From assembly GCF_009914755.1 (NCBI RefSeq), contig NC_060938.1: a stretch of DNA of 64,000 nt, one strand, 5' to 3'. The notes under the pieces were generated by a model, which made no database searches, was not told the origin of the DNA, and worked only from the letters and a program-made list of their open reading frames with translations. The first letter of the stretch is position 1. Each line of letters starts with the position of its first letter. Both the position numbers and the translations under genes were made by a program. Shown here piece by piece: positions 14,109-29,600 of the stretch. The stretch is from the human T2T-CHM13v2.0 reference genome, Homo sapiens.

Positions 14109-15710
14109 TCACACCCACAATCTTAAAGTCGAAATTGCATAAGCAAATTACAAAGAGGATAAATGGTAAAGTAAAAGACATACATTAAATTGCCCTCTTC
14201 GTGCCTTTTTTAAAAAAAAGTTTGAAAGGCAAGCTGACAGTGCTAGTAGGGATGAGGGGAAATAAAATTCACCACTCATTGCATTTACATAAATAATGTG
14301 TTTAAATACATAAATATTCATTTTTAAAGCTCAAGGCCTAGTAAAAGAATTTCTAAGCATATTGAATGAAGTGGAGGGGGCAGCTGACAGCCAGCTCTGA
14401 CTTCAGGCTGCAACTGGGCGCGCACTCCTTCCAGTACCTCCACTTTCTTTAAGGTGATTTCCATGCTGCACACAGTAACAAACGAGTCAGGTTTTATGGA
14501 CGGCAATAAAGGTAACGTGGGCCTGACACATGGATGCCCTTGGTTGGATTACAACTGGCCCACCTACTGCCACTTTATCTTCTGGTTGTCCGTAGTTACT
14601 CATCTATTTTTAAATGTTCCAATGTGATCTTATCAAATTGGCACATAATTTGATCACCATATTTCCATAACTGGAAGTTGTTCAAAGTACCTGGCCAGGT
14701 AACAGTGACAGGGTGTGTGTACTAAGCCAGAGAGCTTCAGTTATGATTTTTTTATTTTAATAAATAATCATGAGCCCTTCTCTCTCAGTGAAACACAGAC
14801 ACTGGGTTGTTTGGTGTTTGTTCTTGCGGAGTGGCCATTGGCCACGAGATCACCAGTCACCCATCTTCCCTAATTTTCAACAGGGAACTTTCCTGGGAGT
14901 TCCTGGGTTGTGAGCCTGGCTTTTAGCCACAGCATCCGGCCAACCAACACATCCACTTTTAAGGAGACACTGCCTCTACAGTGCCTCTCAATTCTAGAAC
15001 AAGCACTCACTCCAACCATGAAGCAGATCCCTTTCAACAAAGGGTGTCTAACACCGACTGCACCCTGATGTGGCGGCACCCGGCTCCAAAGATAAATCCG
15101 AAACCATCTCCGACCCACATGTGAGAAGCTGCAGGGACCAAATAACATTGTCAGTGTTATCGATTCCTCCAGCGTTCTTGTCAGCGCTGGGTAAGATATG
15201 GACAAAGCACCCGGGAACCAGAGGATATGCCCGAGGTTGCCAGGGAGAGGACAGGGGTGCCAGGGAAAACTGCAGGTAAGAGGCTGCCAGACCAGTGCTC
15301 CAGCGGGAACACAGGGTCAGGGAGACAGAACGGGGGTTGGACGCAGGGGATAAATTCACACTGTGATTCACGGGTAGGGGGATGGAGGAAAAAATTAAAC
15401 AAACAGAATCTACCCAGAAAGACCAACTGACCTGGCCCCTGGGAACAGTGGCAGCAACCACGTGGAAAAGGCACTGATGCCTGAGCTATCTGTCCCAGTG
15501 GCTGTCCAGAGAGCCAGGGCTCAGCAAGCCGGCCTCCTGCCCCAGAAACCTCCCCTCGTCTCCCAGAGGCCTATGGTAGAGAATTTAAAAGGTAAATGAC
15601 TCAACCCAAGCATCGTATCTTCCTCAATCCCAGCATCCCATGCTCCTCACCAATTATGTTCCTGTGAGATCAAAAGGTAGGAGCTGCTGACCTCGGCAGG
15701 TGTGTGTCTA

Positions 15711-16368
<658 letters not shown>

Positions 16369-17197
16369 CCTGAACCCCAGTCACTAAGGTATTCACCTCA
16401 GCTACTACAGTGACCTAGAAGATTTACACAGGGTCACAGGGGCAGCTGGGATAGCATACCTGTTTCTAAAGCCTTCTCAGCTCAGCTGAGAACTCACTGC
16501 AACCTGGGGCACAGAACAGTCCTCCTGAGAGTCAACCCAAAGCTCATCCAGTTAATTAATAACTGACGTGATAGCCAACGAGAGGGCTATGGGAGAGAAA
16601 CTCCGCCAGGGGTTAAGAGTTACTTGATTAGGAGGCATAGGGGAAAAGATCCCTGGCTGAACAAACACTTTACACAGTGCGTTTCATCTGACAATGCCGA
16701 AGTGCCCTCTGGCCACCATGTCATGAGTCCTGAGCTGGGCCTCAGGAAAGACTCCTAGAGCCACTCTACCAATCTTCCTGGGGGAGGGGAGAGGCAGAGA
16801 AGCTTGATGCGTTATCCAGGAACACACATGGATACTTCCCAACCACACTCTCAGACCGTGCTTCAATTATTGATTAGGATTTCCAAAAACAGCCAGCTTT
16901 TGATTATCTGTGGAGACTTTATACATAAGAAATTTTTAACTCACTCATTATACTGCTGAGTCACCTGGCCTAAGTGTCAGTCCAGCTTGGAACTTAGAGT
17001 ACACACAAACATCTTTAGTAGCAGTGATAGTAGCAGCAACAGCAGCACTGGCAGTAGTAACTATTCATATTAACTTACAACCGACCATGTGCCAAGCACC
17101 AGCCAAAACATTTTACGTACATTATTTATTTCACTTAATTCTACCAACAAATCTAGAAGAGAGATAGTATATGTTATGATCCTACAGATAAGGAAAG

Positions 17198-17570
17198 GTT
17201 ATTAGTCCATTCTCATGCTGCTGACAAGGACATACCCAAGACTGGGTAATTTTTTTTTTTTAAAAAAAGAGGTTTAATGGACTCACAATTCCACATGGCT
17301 GGGGAGGCCTCACAATCATGGTGGAAGGCAAAAGGCATGTCTTACATGGCAGAGAACAAGAGAGAATGAGAGAGCTTGTGTAGGGAAACTCCCCTTTACA
17401 AACCCATCAGATCTCATAAGACTTGTTCACTATCATGAGAACAACACAGGAAAGACCTGTCCTTATGATTCAATTACCTCCCCCTAGGTCCCTCCCCACA
17501 ACACGTGGGAATTATGGGAGCTACGATTCAACATGAGATTTGGGTGGGGACACAGAGTCAAACCGTATCA
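17198..17570 (-). mobile_element. THE1 (ERVL-MaLR) solo LTR, sense to FOXN3, inserted in a MIR
   Basis: Reverse complement starts TGATACGGTTTGACTCTGTGTCCCCACCCAAATCTCAT; 5-bp TSD GAAAG at 17193-17197 and 17571-17575. Confidence 0.9.
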
Positions 17571-19269
17571 GAAAGTAAAGTTCAGACAAGTTAACGAATT
17601 TGTCTAAGGTGAAATGCAGGCAGCTTGATTCTGGAATTGATAAACACCACTGCATAGCTGCAACAAAAACTGTATCACTTCCAAGTCAAATCACAAATAA
17701 TTTTGGATTATCCAACTGCACTAAAATGTACATCCTTGAACAGCAGTGTCACAAAAATGCTTTCTAATACTGTGTGTGCACACACATGTTTTCTTTAATT
17801 ATTCATTTCAGCTAAGAATGAAAGTCAAAGTCACTATTGTCTTTATTACAACTTTGTATTTGTGCTGCTGGCATGTGACCACATATGCAGAAAAAAAATC
17901 ATCTGTTTGTACACCACATTTCAAAGAGTGATCAAATATCTCAGGTGGCCCTAAATAACTCAGTGAAGGAATTTGAGATTATTAAAGCCATTTATAGCTA
18001 CAAAAATGGTCTCTGAAAGGACACAGGCTTTCCCAAGATCACAACCAGCAAGAGGCAGCAAGAGGCAGAGCCAGGCTTCAAACCTGGGTCTTTGGGGTTG
18101 CCCCCATGACAAAATTCAGCCCTCTAGAAATATTTTCAAATAGGTTGGGATGGTTCAGAGGGTTCCCACGGCTGCACAAAGGGCTGTACCAAAACACACA
18201 GAATCCCAAAGAGTGGGAAACTCATGCACATCTGTGCCCATGCTGACAGTCTCCCCAGCAAGCGGAAGCCAAGGTTTCTGAATTCACTTGGCAAGAAGCA
18301 GGTTCTTCAAAGTGTGTGCTACTTTAGAAATGTTTAAAGGGAATAAGCAGAGAAAGAACTTTGGTTTGATGCGCATGTTCCAAAATGAATGAGAGAAAGC
18401 TAGAGCCCAGTGTCATTCTTCTGGAATTATCTACACTGGATTTGTTTGGCAAAACACACAGAGCCGTAAATTACACTCAACTCCGGATAGGGTCTGCATG
18501 GCCCGTAGGGTCCATCTACCCCAGTGAGGACGTAACTTCATTTCTGGTGGTTACCCCCTTTAAGTACATAATGAAACTTGTAAGTACACAGAAGGCACTG
18601 TTATCAACCTTTTAAGGCAACAGAAAGGAAAGTACTTTGAGTTTTCCAGCAGTGCAGCGGTTCCCCAACACAACAACAAAACCGTGCGTCTATTTCAGCA
18701 CCAGTCTTTCCCTATGTGGCAGTCCTAGGGACAACTCACGGCTTGCTTATTCTTGAATGGTAAGCAGCTTTCTTACAAAGTTTTGATTTTATTTTTTTTA
18801 AGGGTTCACTCTGATCACTGAAGCCTGAGTCAATCTGAACAGTAGCACCCAAGAGTCACCAGGGTCAGAGAGGCTGCGAAGAGGCTCACTGATCAGAAAG
18901 GCCAGCTCTGTCCTCTTCCTGCCCGAAAGTGGCCCGGGGAGGAAGGTGGGGGCTCTTAACTTTGGGAGGGATCTCTTCTGATTTTGTACCCTCTTCCAAT
19001 GATGGGAAAGTAACTATCAAGTGCTTGAAAATAAAGACTATCAGAATACAACCAAGAAGAGTCTGGGGTTCTGTTTAGGCTTTTTAATTAAAGAAAGATC
19101 CTTAGATATTAAACCAACCAACAATCCAAGAAAACCTCCCATCATGACCCACTTGGCCACCAGAAGCCTCATTCATCTTGTGTGCCCGGCATTAAGCACA
19201 CAAATCTACTAGATATTCAAGGCACATGGGAACTGCTGCAACAGCTGTTGGTCCTCTCCCCAGTCTATA

Positions 19270-19787
19270 TTATGTACGTGTGCTGGATATATTCCACCTG
19301 CCCCGCAGAGCACCTCTTTAGCCTCCTCCTGCCTGCTCCTAGCCCCAGGAGACTGACATTTATGGATGCATCTACAGGCTCCCCTGCTCATGGACTTCCA
19401 CCAAGCTCCACCAAAGGGAGGCACCAGAGCAAGCAGAGAGGGGAGGAGGAGAGTGAGGATGAGAAAGTTAACCCCCTGACTCCCTCTGTGCTGGGCTGCA
19501 GTGAGTGAGCTGCACCCTGCTATCAAAGACCATGACCCCCACCAGACACCCATTAGCCCAGCTACTTTCTCCTCTGGCATCTATTATCTGCTCTTCTCCT
19601 TCACCCGTTCAGGTCCCGGGGGGATGGAAGTTCCCTGGGGGTAGCCTGCCATCCTCATCCTGGGGGAGTGCACCCCCGGCTTTGCTAGTTTCTCGCATCC
19701 CTGCCTACCACTGAGAACTCATCCTCTCCCCACAGTTTCTTCTTTCTGAGTGTGCCATCTGTCTTCTGCCAGGACCGTGACTGACAA
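19270..19787 (+). mobile_element. LTR16-like ERVL LTR
   Basis: CCCCAGGAGACTGACATTTATGGATGCATC...GGGAGGCACCAG...GAGTGTGCCATCTGTCTTCTGCCAGGACCGTGACTGACA. Confidence 0.6.
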
Positions 19788-20589
19788 AATAAAAAACGGA
19801 ATTGATTATCCCAGAATTTCATTCTTGGAATCTACATGCCACAGTATGTACATAATAATTCCCCTGCAATTTCCCCAAGTCATAAAGGATAGCAATCAGG
19901 CAGGAAAAAAAAATATGCCACCGAAACTACCATAATAATTTACTATCCTGCAAAACTTGAAAAAACAGAATTCATCTTCCTAAAAAGCACAGTAAGCTTT
20001 GAAACATGAAAACTCGATTACAGTATTAGAAAAGTATGGTATTACTAAAAATATTCTCTGTAGAATTCCTTGTAAGTGCATCATCAATGGTTACTATTAT
20101 GTTTCAGAGTCAGTCTAAACGCACATAAAAATTGCAAATAGGACAACAGTGTCAGTGAGGCTTCCAATTTGACAACAGCTGACTGAAACAAAATCTTACC
20201 TGAGCCACTATATAGAGTTGATATTAACTACATTTATTATAACAGGAATTCATTTATTGTAACAAGAGCACCATACAACCAAACTTTCCAAGAGTTTAAG
20301 ACTTAACAGTCAACCTCATCCTGAAGACCACTGTTGTTATTTACTAGGTCAGGGTAACCCACAGGAAATTAAAACAGGAACCAAAGTTTCAAATTTAAAA
20401 ACTATGCGCTGTCTCATGGGGTAAAAAAAAAAAAATCTCCAGCAAACCCACAAGATATAAAACAAAAAACACCACACTAATAACAATATGCACTGATACT
20501 CTTTAATCGCTGAGGGAACTATTCAAATCCAGGTCAATATCACAATGTTAAAAATAAAATTTAAAATGGCTTTCAACAAGTTAAATGTA

Positions 20590-20885
20590 GGCTGGTGCAG
20601 TGGCTCACACCTGTAATTCCAGCGCTTAGGCCAAGGCGGAAGGATCGCTTGAGCCCAGGAGTTCGAGACCAGCCTGAGCAACATAGGAAAATCCCATCTC
20701 TACCAAAAATTTAAAAACTAGCTGGGTGTCGTGACGCAGGCCTGTGGTCCCAGCTACTCAGGAGACTGAAGTGGGATGATCACTCGAGCCCAAGAATTCG
20801 AGGCTACAGTGAGCCATGACTGCACCACTGCACTCTGACCTGGGCAACAGAGCGGGACCCTGTCTCAAAAAAAAGAAAAAAAACA
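20590..20885 (+). mobile_element. Alu (AluJ-like)
   Basis: Alu consensus; TTAAATGTA flanks. Confidence 0.9.
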
Positions 20886-21687
20886 ATTAAATGTAAACCA
20901 TGTGTTACCAATATATTTTTAAAGACACTGAAAGCGTGTTTCAATCAGGGTTCTATAAGGAACAAGTCTGTAAGACTTCTTCATCTAAGGCCAAATGATC
21001 AAGTGAAAGCTATCACAGCTTTCCAAGAAGACCTGAGTTCTATAGTGGGGTGCTGGTTACCTTCCCAGGGTTTTGGCCTGTTGCTACAGGTCCTGGAGTT
21101 ATAGCATTTCAGAGGAAGTATTTTGCAACAAGTATTAAGAGAGGGAGCACGTAAGCAGAAAGTCTTTTTGGGGTGGGGGTGGGGGGAGACCAATGATGAG
21201 ATCCAGGTAACAGCAGCCTTAACTCTTTTCTGTAGCTTTCCCATACAGCACAAAGCAGTGACCATTTTACATTTATTTGTGAGGTTGTGACTAATGTCTA
21301 TGCCCTCTAACTAATACGTTAGCTCTATGAAGTTAGGGGCTGTCTCTGTGTTTGCTCATGACCCAGGGCCTAACACAGTGCCTGGCACACAGTAGGTGCT
21401 TAATAAATTCTCCAGTCATCTAAACCACACCTTTAATAGTAGGATTGAGGAAAGTAAAAGTTTGATAGGTCACTACATATACTTTTTAAGAGATTTTTGT
21501 CTTTGGAACTAGTAAAAGTTTTACTATTCAAACTAAAAATTAAGTCAAAGGTAAGTAATACAAATTAAAATAAGATACAACTACATACCACTGGAATGGC
21601 AAAAATGAGAACACTGACAATACAAAGTGCTGTTCAGATTGTGAAGCAAGCAAGCAAACATTCACAAATAGTAAGAATGTAAACTAG

Positions 21688-22030
21688 GGCCAGGGGTGGT
21701 GGCTCATGCCTGTAATGCCAGCATTTTGGGAGGCCGATGCAGGAGGATTGCTTGAACCCAGGAGTTCAAGATCAGTCTGGGCAACACGAGGAAACCTCAT
21801 CTCTAGAAAAAATACAAAAATTAACGGCATGATGGTGTGCGCCTGTGGTCCCAGCTATTTAGGAGGCTGAGGTGGGAGGATCACCTGAGCCCAGAATGTC
21901 GAGGCTGCAGTGAGCCATGACTGTGCCACTGCACTCCAGCCAGGGCAACAGAGTGAGACCTTGTCTCAAAAAAAAAAAAAAAAAAAAAAAAAAAAGAAGG
22001 AAGGAAAGGAAAAGAAAAAGAAAAAGAGAA
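21688..22030 (+). mobile_element. Alu (AluJ-like) inside L1 relic
   Basis: TSD AGAATGT(A/G)AACTAG on both sides. Confidence 0.92.
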
Positions 22031-22394
22031 AAGAATGTGAACTAGTACAACCACTTTGAAAAACAGTTGGACAATTTCTTATAAAGTTATACACATACTT
22101 GTATGACCCACCAATCCCACTCCTGGGTATTTCTTCAAGAGAAACGAGCTCACATATCCACATAAAGACTTGTAAAAGAATGTTTAGAGCAGCTTTATTC
22201 ATAACATCCAAAAACTAGAAATAATACAAAACCCATCAGAGGGCCACTAGACAGACAAATTATGGTATGTTCATAAAATGGAATACTACTCAACAATAAA
22301 AAGGAATGAACTCCTTACTGATACACACAACATGTATGATTCTCAAAAACATTATGCAGAGTAAAAGAAGTTAGACATAAAAGTATACTATTCT

Positions 22395-22708
<314 letters not shown>

Positions 22709-23466
22709 TTATGATTGCATTAATACGAAATTCTAGAAAAAAACTAATCTACAGGGACAGAAAGTGGTCACACCACTTCTGTGGCTGCCTGAGGGTTTTG
22801 GTGGAGGGGTAGGAGATTGACTTGACTACAAAGGAACTGAAGGAAAACTTTTCATGATGAAACTGTTCTATATCCTGACAGTAATGGTGGTTACAGAGGT
22901 ATGTACATATTAGTCAAAATACTTTCAATGGGTATATTATTTTTCACTAATCCCTCTGTTCATCGTCAAGTATATGTTGTTATTATATGTAAATTATGCC
23001 TCAATGAAGTTTTTTTTAAAAAAGCAAACCACAAATTTAAATTTTTTTAAGAAGTACACAAAATAACCTAACTAAAAAAGCAAGTTTGCAACATAACCTC
23101 ACCAGAAAAAAAACTCTTTCATACCACATTTTAATTCAATACTGATTATGTATCCTAGTAGATGTACATCCATATACTACAGATGAAAGTGAACTACAAA
23201 GAAATATTGTTTCAGCCAGACATGTATTACTAATAGCAAGACAGTATAATTTTGAAACTATTTTATGCACATTATAGAATAAAGCAAATAAATGTGTTCA
23301 CAACATTAATAGTATTAAGAACCAAGCAAAGAGATATAAATACAAAATCAAAGATTGCTAAGAAAAAACTCAGTAACATTAAATGTGAATTGGCAATAGC
23401 AATATAAATTCATGAAAATAATAATACCCCAGCTATAATGAATACACCCAGTGTCCAGTTTCGGTT

Positions 23467-23851
<385 letters not shown>

Positions 23852-24436
23852 TGATCTCATGTCTGGATATGAAAAGTGTAAGATGAGTCCAGAACTTTTT
23901 TTTGTGCAAGAAAGTACTTAAAGACTAAAAGGAGTATGTTCAAAGGACAAAAGAAGCAGCTTAAAGGGCCTCAATGGCCAAATTTAGGATAATTTGAGCA
24001 TCAAAACAATTATTATAATTGATTATAAAACAACTGACTAAATAAAAACCCATGAGTCCATAGTGATAGTCACAGACAGATATTTATTTGCCACCATTAG
24101 AGGCGATTATTACACCAACTCTTTTTTGTAAAAATTGGTCATTATAGTTCCTTTTCAGGAATATCAACTAATGATAGAATTAGAAAAATCACCATTTTGC
24201 AACTTTCGGTAAAATAATTCAGGCAAGAATCATCAATGGTTATGCACACAGTGCCCAAGTATCTCTCCGTAGGCTATGTGCTCATTGCCAAAAACACACC
24301 TTCCAATGGAGAGATCAGCATGACCACCCTTGGCCGCTGATCAGACTTAGCGTCACTAACAGTGGACAACCTGGTGAGACATAATGGTTTAAGAAGCACC
24401 CAGCATTGCCTGGCAATTGTTTAAATAAGCTTGAGC

Positions 24437-24750
24437 TGCCGGGTGCAGTGGCTCACACCTATAATCCTAGCACTTTGGGAGGCTGAAGCGGGTAGATCAC
24501 CTGAGGTCAGGAGTTCAACACCAGCCTGGCCAACATGGTGAAACCCCGTCTCTACTAAAAATACAAAAATTAGGTGGGTATGGTGGCAGGCGCCTGTAAT
24601 CCCAGCTACTCAGGAGGCTGAGGCAGGAGACTTGCTTGATTCTTGAACCCGGGAGGCAGAGATTGCAGTGAGCCGAGACTGCACCATTGCACTCCGGCCT
24701 GAGCAAAAGATCAAGACTCTGTCTCAAAAAAAAAAAAAAAAAAAAAAAAA
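24437..24750 (+). mobile_element. Alu
   Basis: Alu consensus; AAGCTTGAGC TSD. Confidence 0.92.
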
Positions 24751-25424
24751 AGCTTGAGCCTACATAAGCATTTGGATCTGACTTCCATGGGACACAAGGC
24801 AAGGTGAAAGACACCACAAGGAAATAATCCATCAAATTCAGGATGTGGGCATTCCACAAAACAACTGGCCTTGACTGTCTCAGAAAAAAGAAAAAAAGTC
24901 GGTGTCATCAGAGGGGGAGAGGAAAATGGGAAGATCATTCCAGACTAAAGAGATTAAAGAGATATAAAAACCAACAGCAGTGCCCACATCTTCACTGGAT
25001 GCTGGTAAAAAATAAATAAATAAATAAATAAATAAATAAAGGTCTTAGTGGACAACTGGAGAAATCTGAATATGGACTAGATGACAGACATTGAACTGAA
25101 TTATTTGAAACTTTCTTAGGTGTGACAATAGCGTGGGGTTATAGAAAAGGATGTCTTTGTTCTGAGCTTCATGCTGAAAAGTTTACAGGTGAGGTGCCAT
25201 GATGCCTAAAACTTTGTTTTCATCAGTTCATATAATCTACACATAAAGAGGAGGCAAATACAACAACATGTTAACAATTACTCATTGCTATTCTTGCAAC
25301 TTTTCTGCATGTTTGAATTTTCTCACAGTAAAAAATAAGAAGGGAAAAGAAAGAAGCAGAAGATAAATGACCATCTGTAAAACCTTATTGCAGAGAGAAC
25401 CTGCCCTCTACCCATCTCCACAGG

Positions 25425-25812
25425 TGTTACAAAATGAACTGCACAACTCGTATGTTGAAACCAGTTCACGTGTTGAAGCCCTGGCCCCGAGTACCTCAGA
25501 ATGTGGCTCTATTTTAACACAGGGTCTTAAACAAGTAATTGGGAAAATGAAGTCATTAGGGTGACCCCTAATCCACTATGACTGGTGTCCTTCTAAGAAG
25601 AGGTTTGGACACAGACATACACAGAGAAGACCATGTGGAAGACATGTGGGGAAGGCGGCCGTCTGCAAGCCAAGAAGAGAGGCCTGCAAGAAACCAACCC
25701 TGCTGACACCTTGATCTTGGACTTCCAACATCCAGAACTGTGAGAAAATAAATTCCTTTTATTAAGCCAACCAGGCTGTGGTACTTTGTTATGTCTGCAC
25801 TAGCACAGTAAC
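25425..25812 (+). mobile_element. MLT1 (A/B-like) MaLR LTR
   Basis: CCCTAATCCACTATGACTGGTGTCCTT...CAAGCCAAGAAGAGAGGCCT...CCCTGCTGACACCTTGATCTTGGACTTC...AGAACTGTGAGAAAATAAATT. Confidence 0.8.
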
Positions 25813-26403
25813 ATCATGATAGGGAAGATTTCCAGCAAAAGGAGAAAGATGGTTCCCCTAATCCAAAAGGAAGAACAGCTTTTGCTACCTTGTGCATATT
25901 ATCCATTCATTGATACAGAAAATCAAGAGCTCCCAGGATAGTACGTGAGTGTGCATGTAGGGGGTGGGAGCTAAGATAGCTACTCAGGATGATGTCATGT
26001 CTGCACCATCAGCTGGGGAATACCCAGACATGCTGGAATCACAGGCTCTCTCTCGTGCACCCACAGGACTCCTTCTCTCAGAGCCAGACAGGTCTGGGGA
26101 CAGCCCTTGCTGCCTGGATGATATCCTGGGAGAGATGCTTAAAACGCCCAAGTCTGCCTGCTGTAAGTGATCTGACATTGGATTTTTCATCGCTGAGCAG
26201 AAACGTTTCAAATATATATTAAAGTCATTTCTCCTTGACATAAAAGAAACATTCTCAGGCTTATCATGATAAGAGGGGACAATTTAAATATTTCTTTAAC
26301 TGTGTGCATTTTCTCCCTTTTGGAACAAAAAAAATGCAAATAAAAACTAGGAAGAAAGGAGAAAGGCAGGGAAAATGAGGTCACATTGAATCTCTTTTTG
26401 CAC

Positions 26404-26705
26404 TTTTTTTTTTTTTTTTTTTGAGACAGAGTCTCACGCTCTGCAGCCCAAGCTGGAGTGAGTGGTGCAACCTCAGCTCACTGCAACCTCTGCCTCCCAG
26501 GTTCAAGTGATTCTCCTGCCTTAGCCTCCCGAGTACCTGGGATTACAGGCACACACCACCACGTCCAGCTAATTTTTGTATTTTTAGTAGAGACAGGGTT
26601 TCACCATGTTGGGCAGGCTGGTCTCAATCCCTGGACCTCAAGTGATCCACTTGCCTTGGCCTCCCAAAGGGGTGGGATTACATGCATGAGCCACTGTGCC
26701 TGGCT
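26404..26705 (-). mobile_element. Alu
   Basis: Reverse Alu consensus. Confidence 0.92.
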
Positions 26706-27040
26706 CACACATTTCTTGAATCATGCCCAGGTTATGAGAATAGAGGGTCAGGGCCAGAATCTTGGAATATGAGTTCTAGAAAGGGTTTTCGTGATACCCT
26801 GGCTGGCTTTCTTCACTTGGCATTTAAGGAAACTAAACTCAGACGGGAAGAGCTTGCCCAAGAGCATGCAGCTACTGGTCTGGCTGTGTCTCCTCGGTGC
26901 CAGCCATGCAGGCCTCTCCCCATCTGACCTTCACTCGGGGACCTTCCCTGGCTGTGCTGAAACCCATGGCTTCATGAGTTGTGCTGAGCCCTCCCCAGTC
27001 GACAGTGGTGAAGATCGAAAGATTTTGCTGGATTCTAGAC

Positions 27041-27252
27041 CGTGGTTTCTCAATCTCAGCCCTATTGGTATTTGCGGCCGGGTAATTCTTTGCTGTGTGG
27101 GAGCTGTCCTGTGTATTGTAGGACACTGAGCAGCATCAATGGCCTCTACCTACTGGATGCAGTAGACCGCTCCCCCGACAATCTCACAACCAACTCCAGA
27201 CCTTGGCAAGTGTGCCCTGGGGAGCAAAATCACCTTCAGTTAAGAACCACTG
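27041..27252 (-). mobile_element. MER20 hAT MITE, near full length
   Basis: Reverse complement CAGTGGTTCTTAACTGAAGGTGATTTTGCTCCCCAGGG...TCCTACAATACACAGGACAGC...AAGAATTACCCGGCC...TGAGAAACC; NTCTAGAN-like flanks. Confidence 0.8.
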
Positions 27253-27317
27253 CTCCAGAGCATGAAGAACTACTCAGCTTTGGCAGAAAGGGAATCCCAA
27301 AATATAAGCTCAATTCA

Positions 27318-27659
<342 letters not shown>

Positions 27660-27751
27660 AAGCTCAATTCAAACGCAGAATAACAGTACCTTTTCCCATA
27701 CCACTGACTTCACTACTTGCAGATGACTAAGGTCTGTTCCTTGTTAAAGTC

Positions 27752-28108
27752 TGATATGATTTAGCTGCGTCCCCATCCAAATCTCATCTGGAATTGTAGT
27801 TCCCATAATTCCCACATGTCGGGGGAGGGACCCGGGGGGAAGTAATTGAATCATAGGGGCACGTACTGTTCTGTGATAGTGAATATGTCTCACAAGATCT
27901 GACAGTTTTATAAATGGGAGTTCCCCTGCACAAGTTCTCTCTTTGCCAGCCACCATGTAAGACATGCCTTTGCTCCTCATTCATCTTCTGCCATGATTGT
28001 GAGGCCACCCAAGCCACGCAGAATTGTGAGTCCATTAAACCTCTTTCCTTTATAAATTACCCAGTCTCAGGTATGTCTTTATTTGCAGTGTGAGAATGTA
28101 CTAACACA
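27752..28108 (+). mobile_element. THE1 (ERVL-MaLR) solo LTR, antisense to FOXN3
   Basis: TGATATGATTTAGCTGCGTCCCCATCCAAATCTCATC...CCATTAAACCTCTT...CTAACACA; TSD AAGTC at 27747-27751 and 28109-28113. Confidence 0.92.
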
Positions 28109-28524
28109 AAGTCCTATTTCACAGGGATACCAAAGGACTTTAGTCAAGCCTAAACTCCTCAATCATGTTAACATCAAACAGCAGTCAAGCTTCCTGAGAA
28201 GAACATTTTGCACAACTCAGAAAGACCTCCATGTTGACCATGCAGTCCAGTGAGCCCGTACACCGTGCCCGTCTGTGCGCCCAGCATGAAGGCGACTGGA
28301 ACCACACCCCTTATAAGTCGTATCAGCAATCACCTGCTTCTCACTCAGCATGCTGAGGCCACGCATCAGGGTGCCCACAACCCCGTCCTATAAAGAGCGG
28401 AGGCAATGACACTGTCAGCCTCACAGACCATGGGCAGTTTTCTAAGTCACATTTAGAATCACTACTGAAGATGCTTCCCCTGTGGACAAGGGGCAAAACC
28501 AGTCCTGAGATGCCCAGAGCTCTA

Positions 28525-28867
<343 letters not shown>

Positions 28868-29278
28868 AAGACTCAAATCAAACTCAGCAAACACAGGAGA
28901 AAAGCCTCCTTCTAAGATAAATCACCACAAAGGTAACAGTCATCTTCAAATATTATTGACAAATAGCAATAATAATTGTCTACTGTGGACTATGTACTCC
29001 CAGGATTCCTTGGGTGACTCACAGGATACCTCGAACCCCGAGGCCTACAAAATCACACAGATGATAGGTTTGTTTTTAATTTTATAACTAAAGCCTTTCC
29101 AACATCTGGTGACATAACCATAAGAGCCCTCTCCAACTAATTCTAACATTGCCCGACATCCTGGCCATGTAAAGTGTGCTGCCAAGTCTGGCTAGGCCCT
29201 GCACCTGCAGCCCAAAAAAAGCCTCAAAAAGCAAAAAAAAAAAAAAAAAAAAAAAAGGTTTGCTTAAGTGAAGGTACA

Positions 29279-29600
29279 GGCCAAGTGTGCTGGCTCCCAC
29301 CTGTAATCCCAACACTTAGGGAGGCAGAGGTAGGAACATCACCTGAGCCCAGCAGTTTGAGAACAGACTGTGCAACATAGAAGACCCCATCTCTATGAAA
29401 AAATTAAAAAAATTAGCCAGGTGTGATGGTGCGCACCTGTGGTCCCAGCTACTCAGGAGGCTGAGATGGGAGGATCTCTGGAGTCCAGGAGTTCAAGGCT
29501 GCACTGAGCTGTGATCATGCCACTATACTCCAGCCTGGGCAACAGAGAAGGAGGGGAGGGGAGGGGAAGGGAAGGGGAAAGGGAGGGACGGAGGGAGGGG
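29279..29600 (+). mobile_element. Alu (AluJ-like) ending in a short G/A-rich tract
   Basis: Alu body to CTGGGCAACAGAG then GGAGG/GGAAG repeats. Confidence 0.85.

Noticed and set aside
20192-20205. Strong minus-strand donor CAG|GTAAGA as a cryptic FOXN3 exon
   Set aside because: No convincing acceptor at exon distance upstream; isolated donors are common in 60 kb
28370-28410. TATA-like CTATAAAG as an antisense promoter
   Set aside because: Single short motif with no supporting initiator or CpG island
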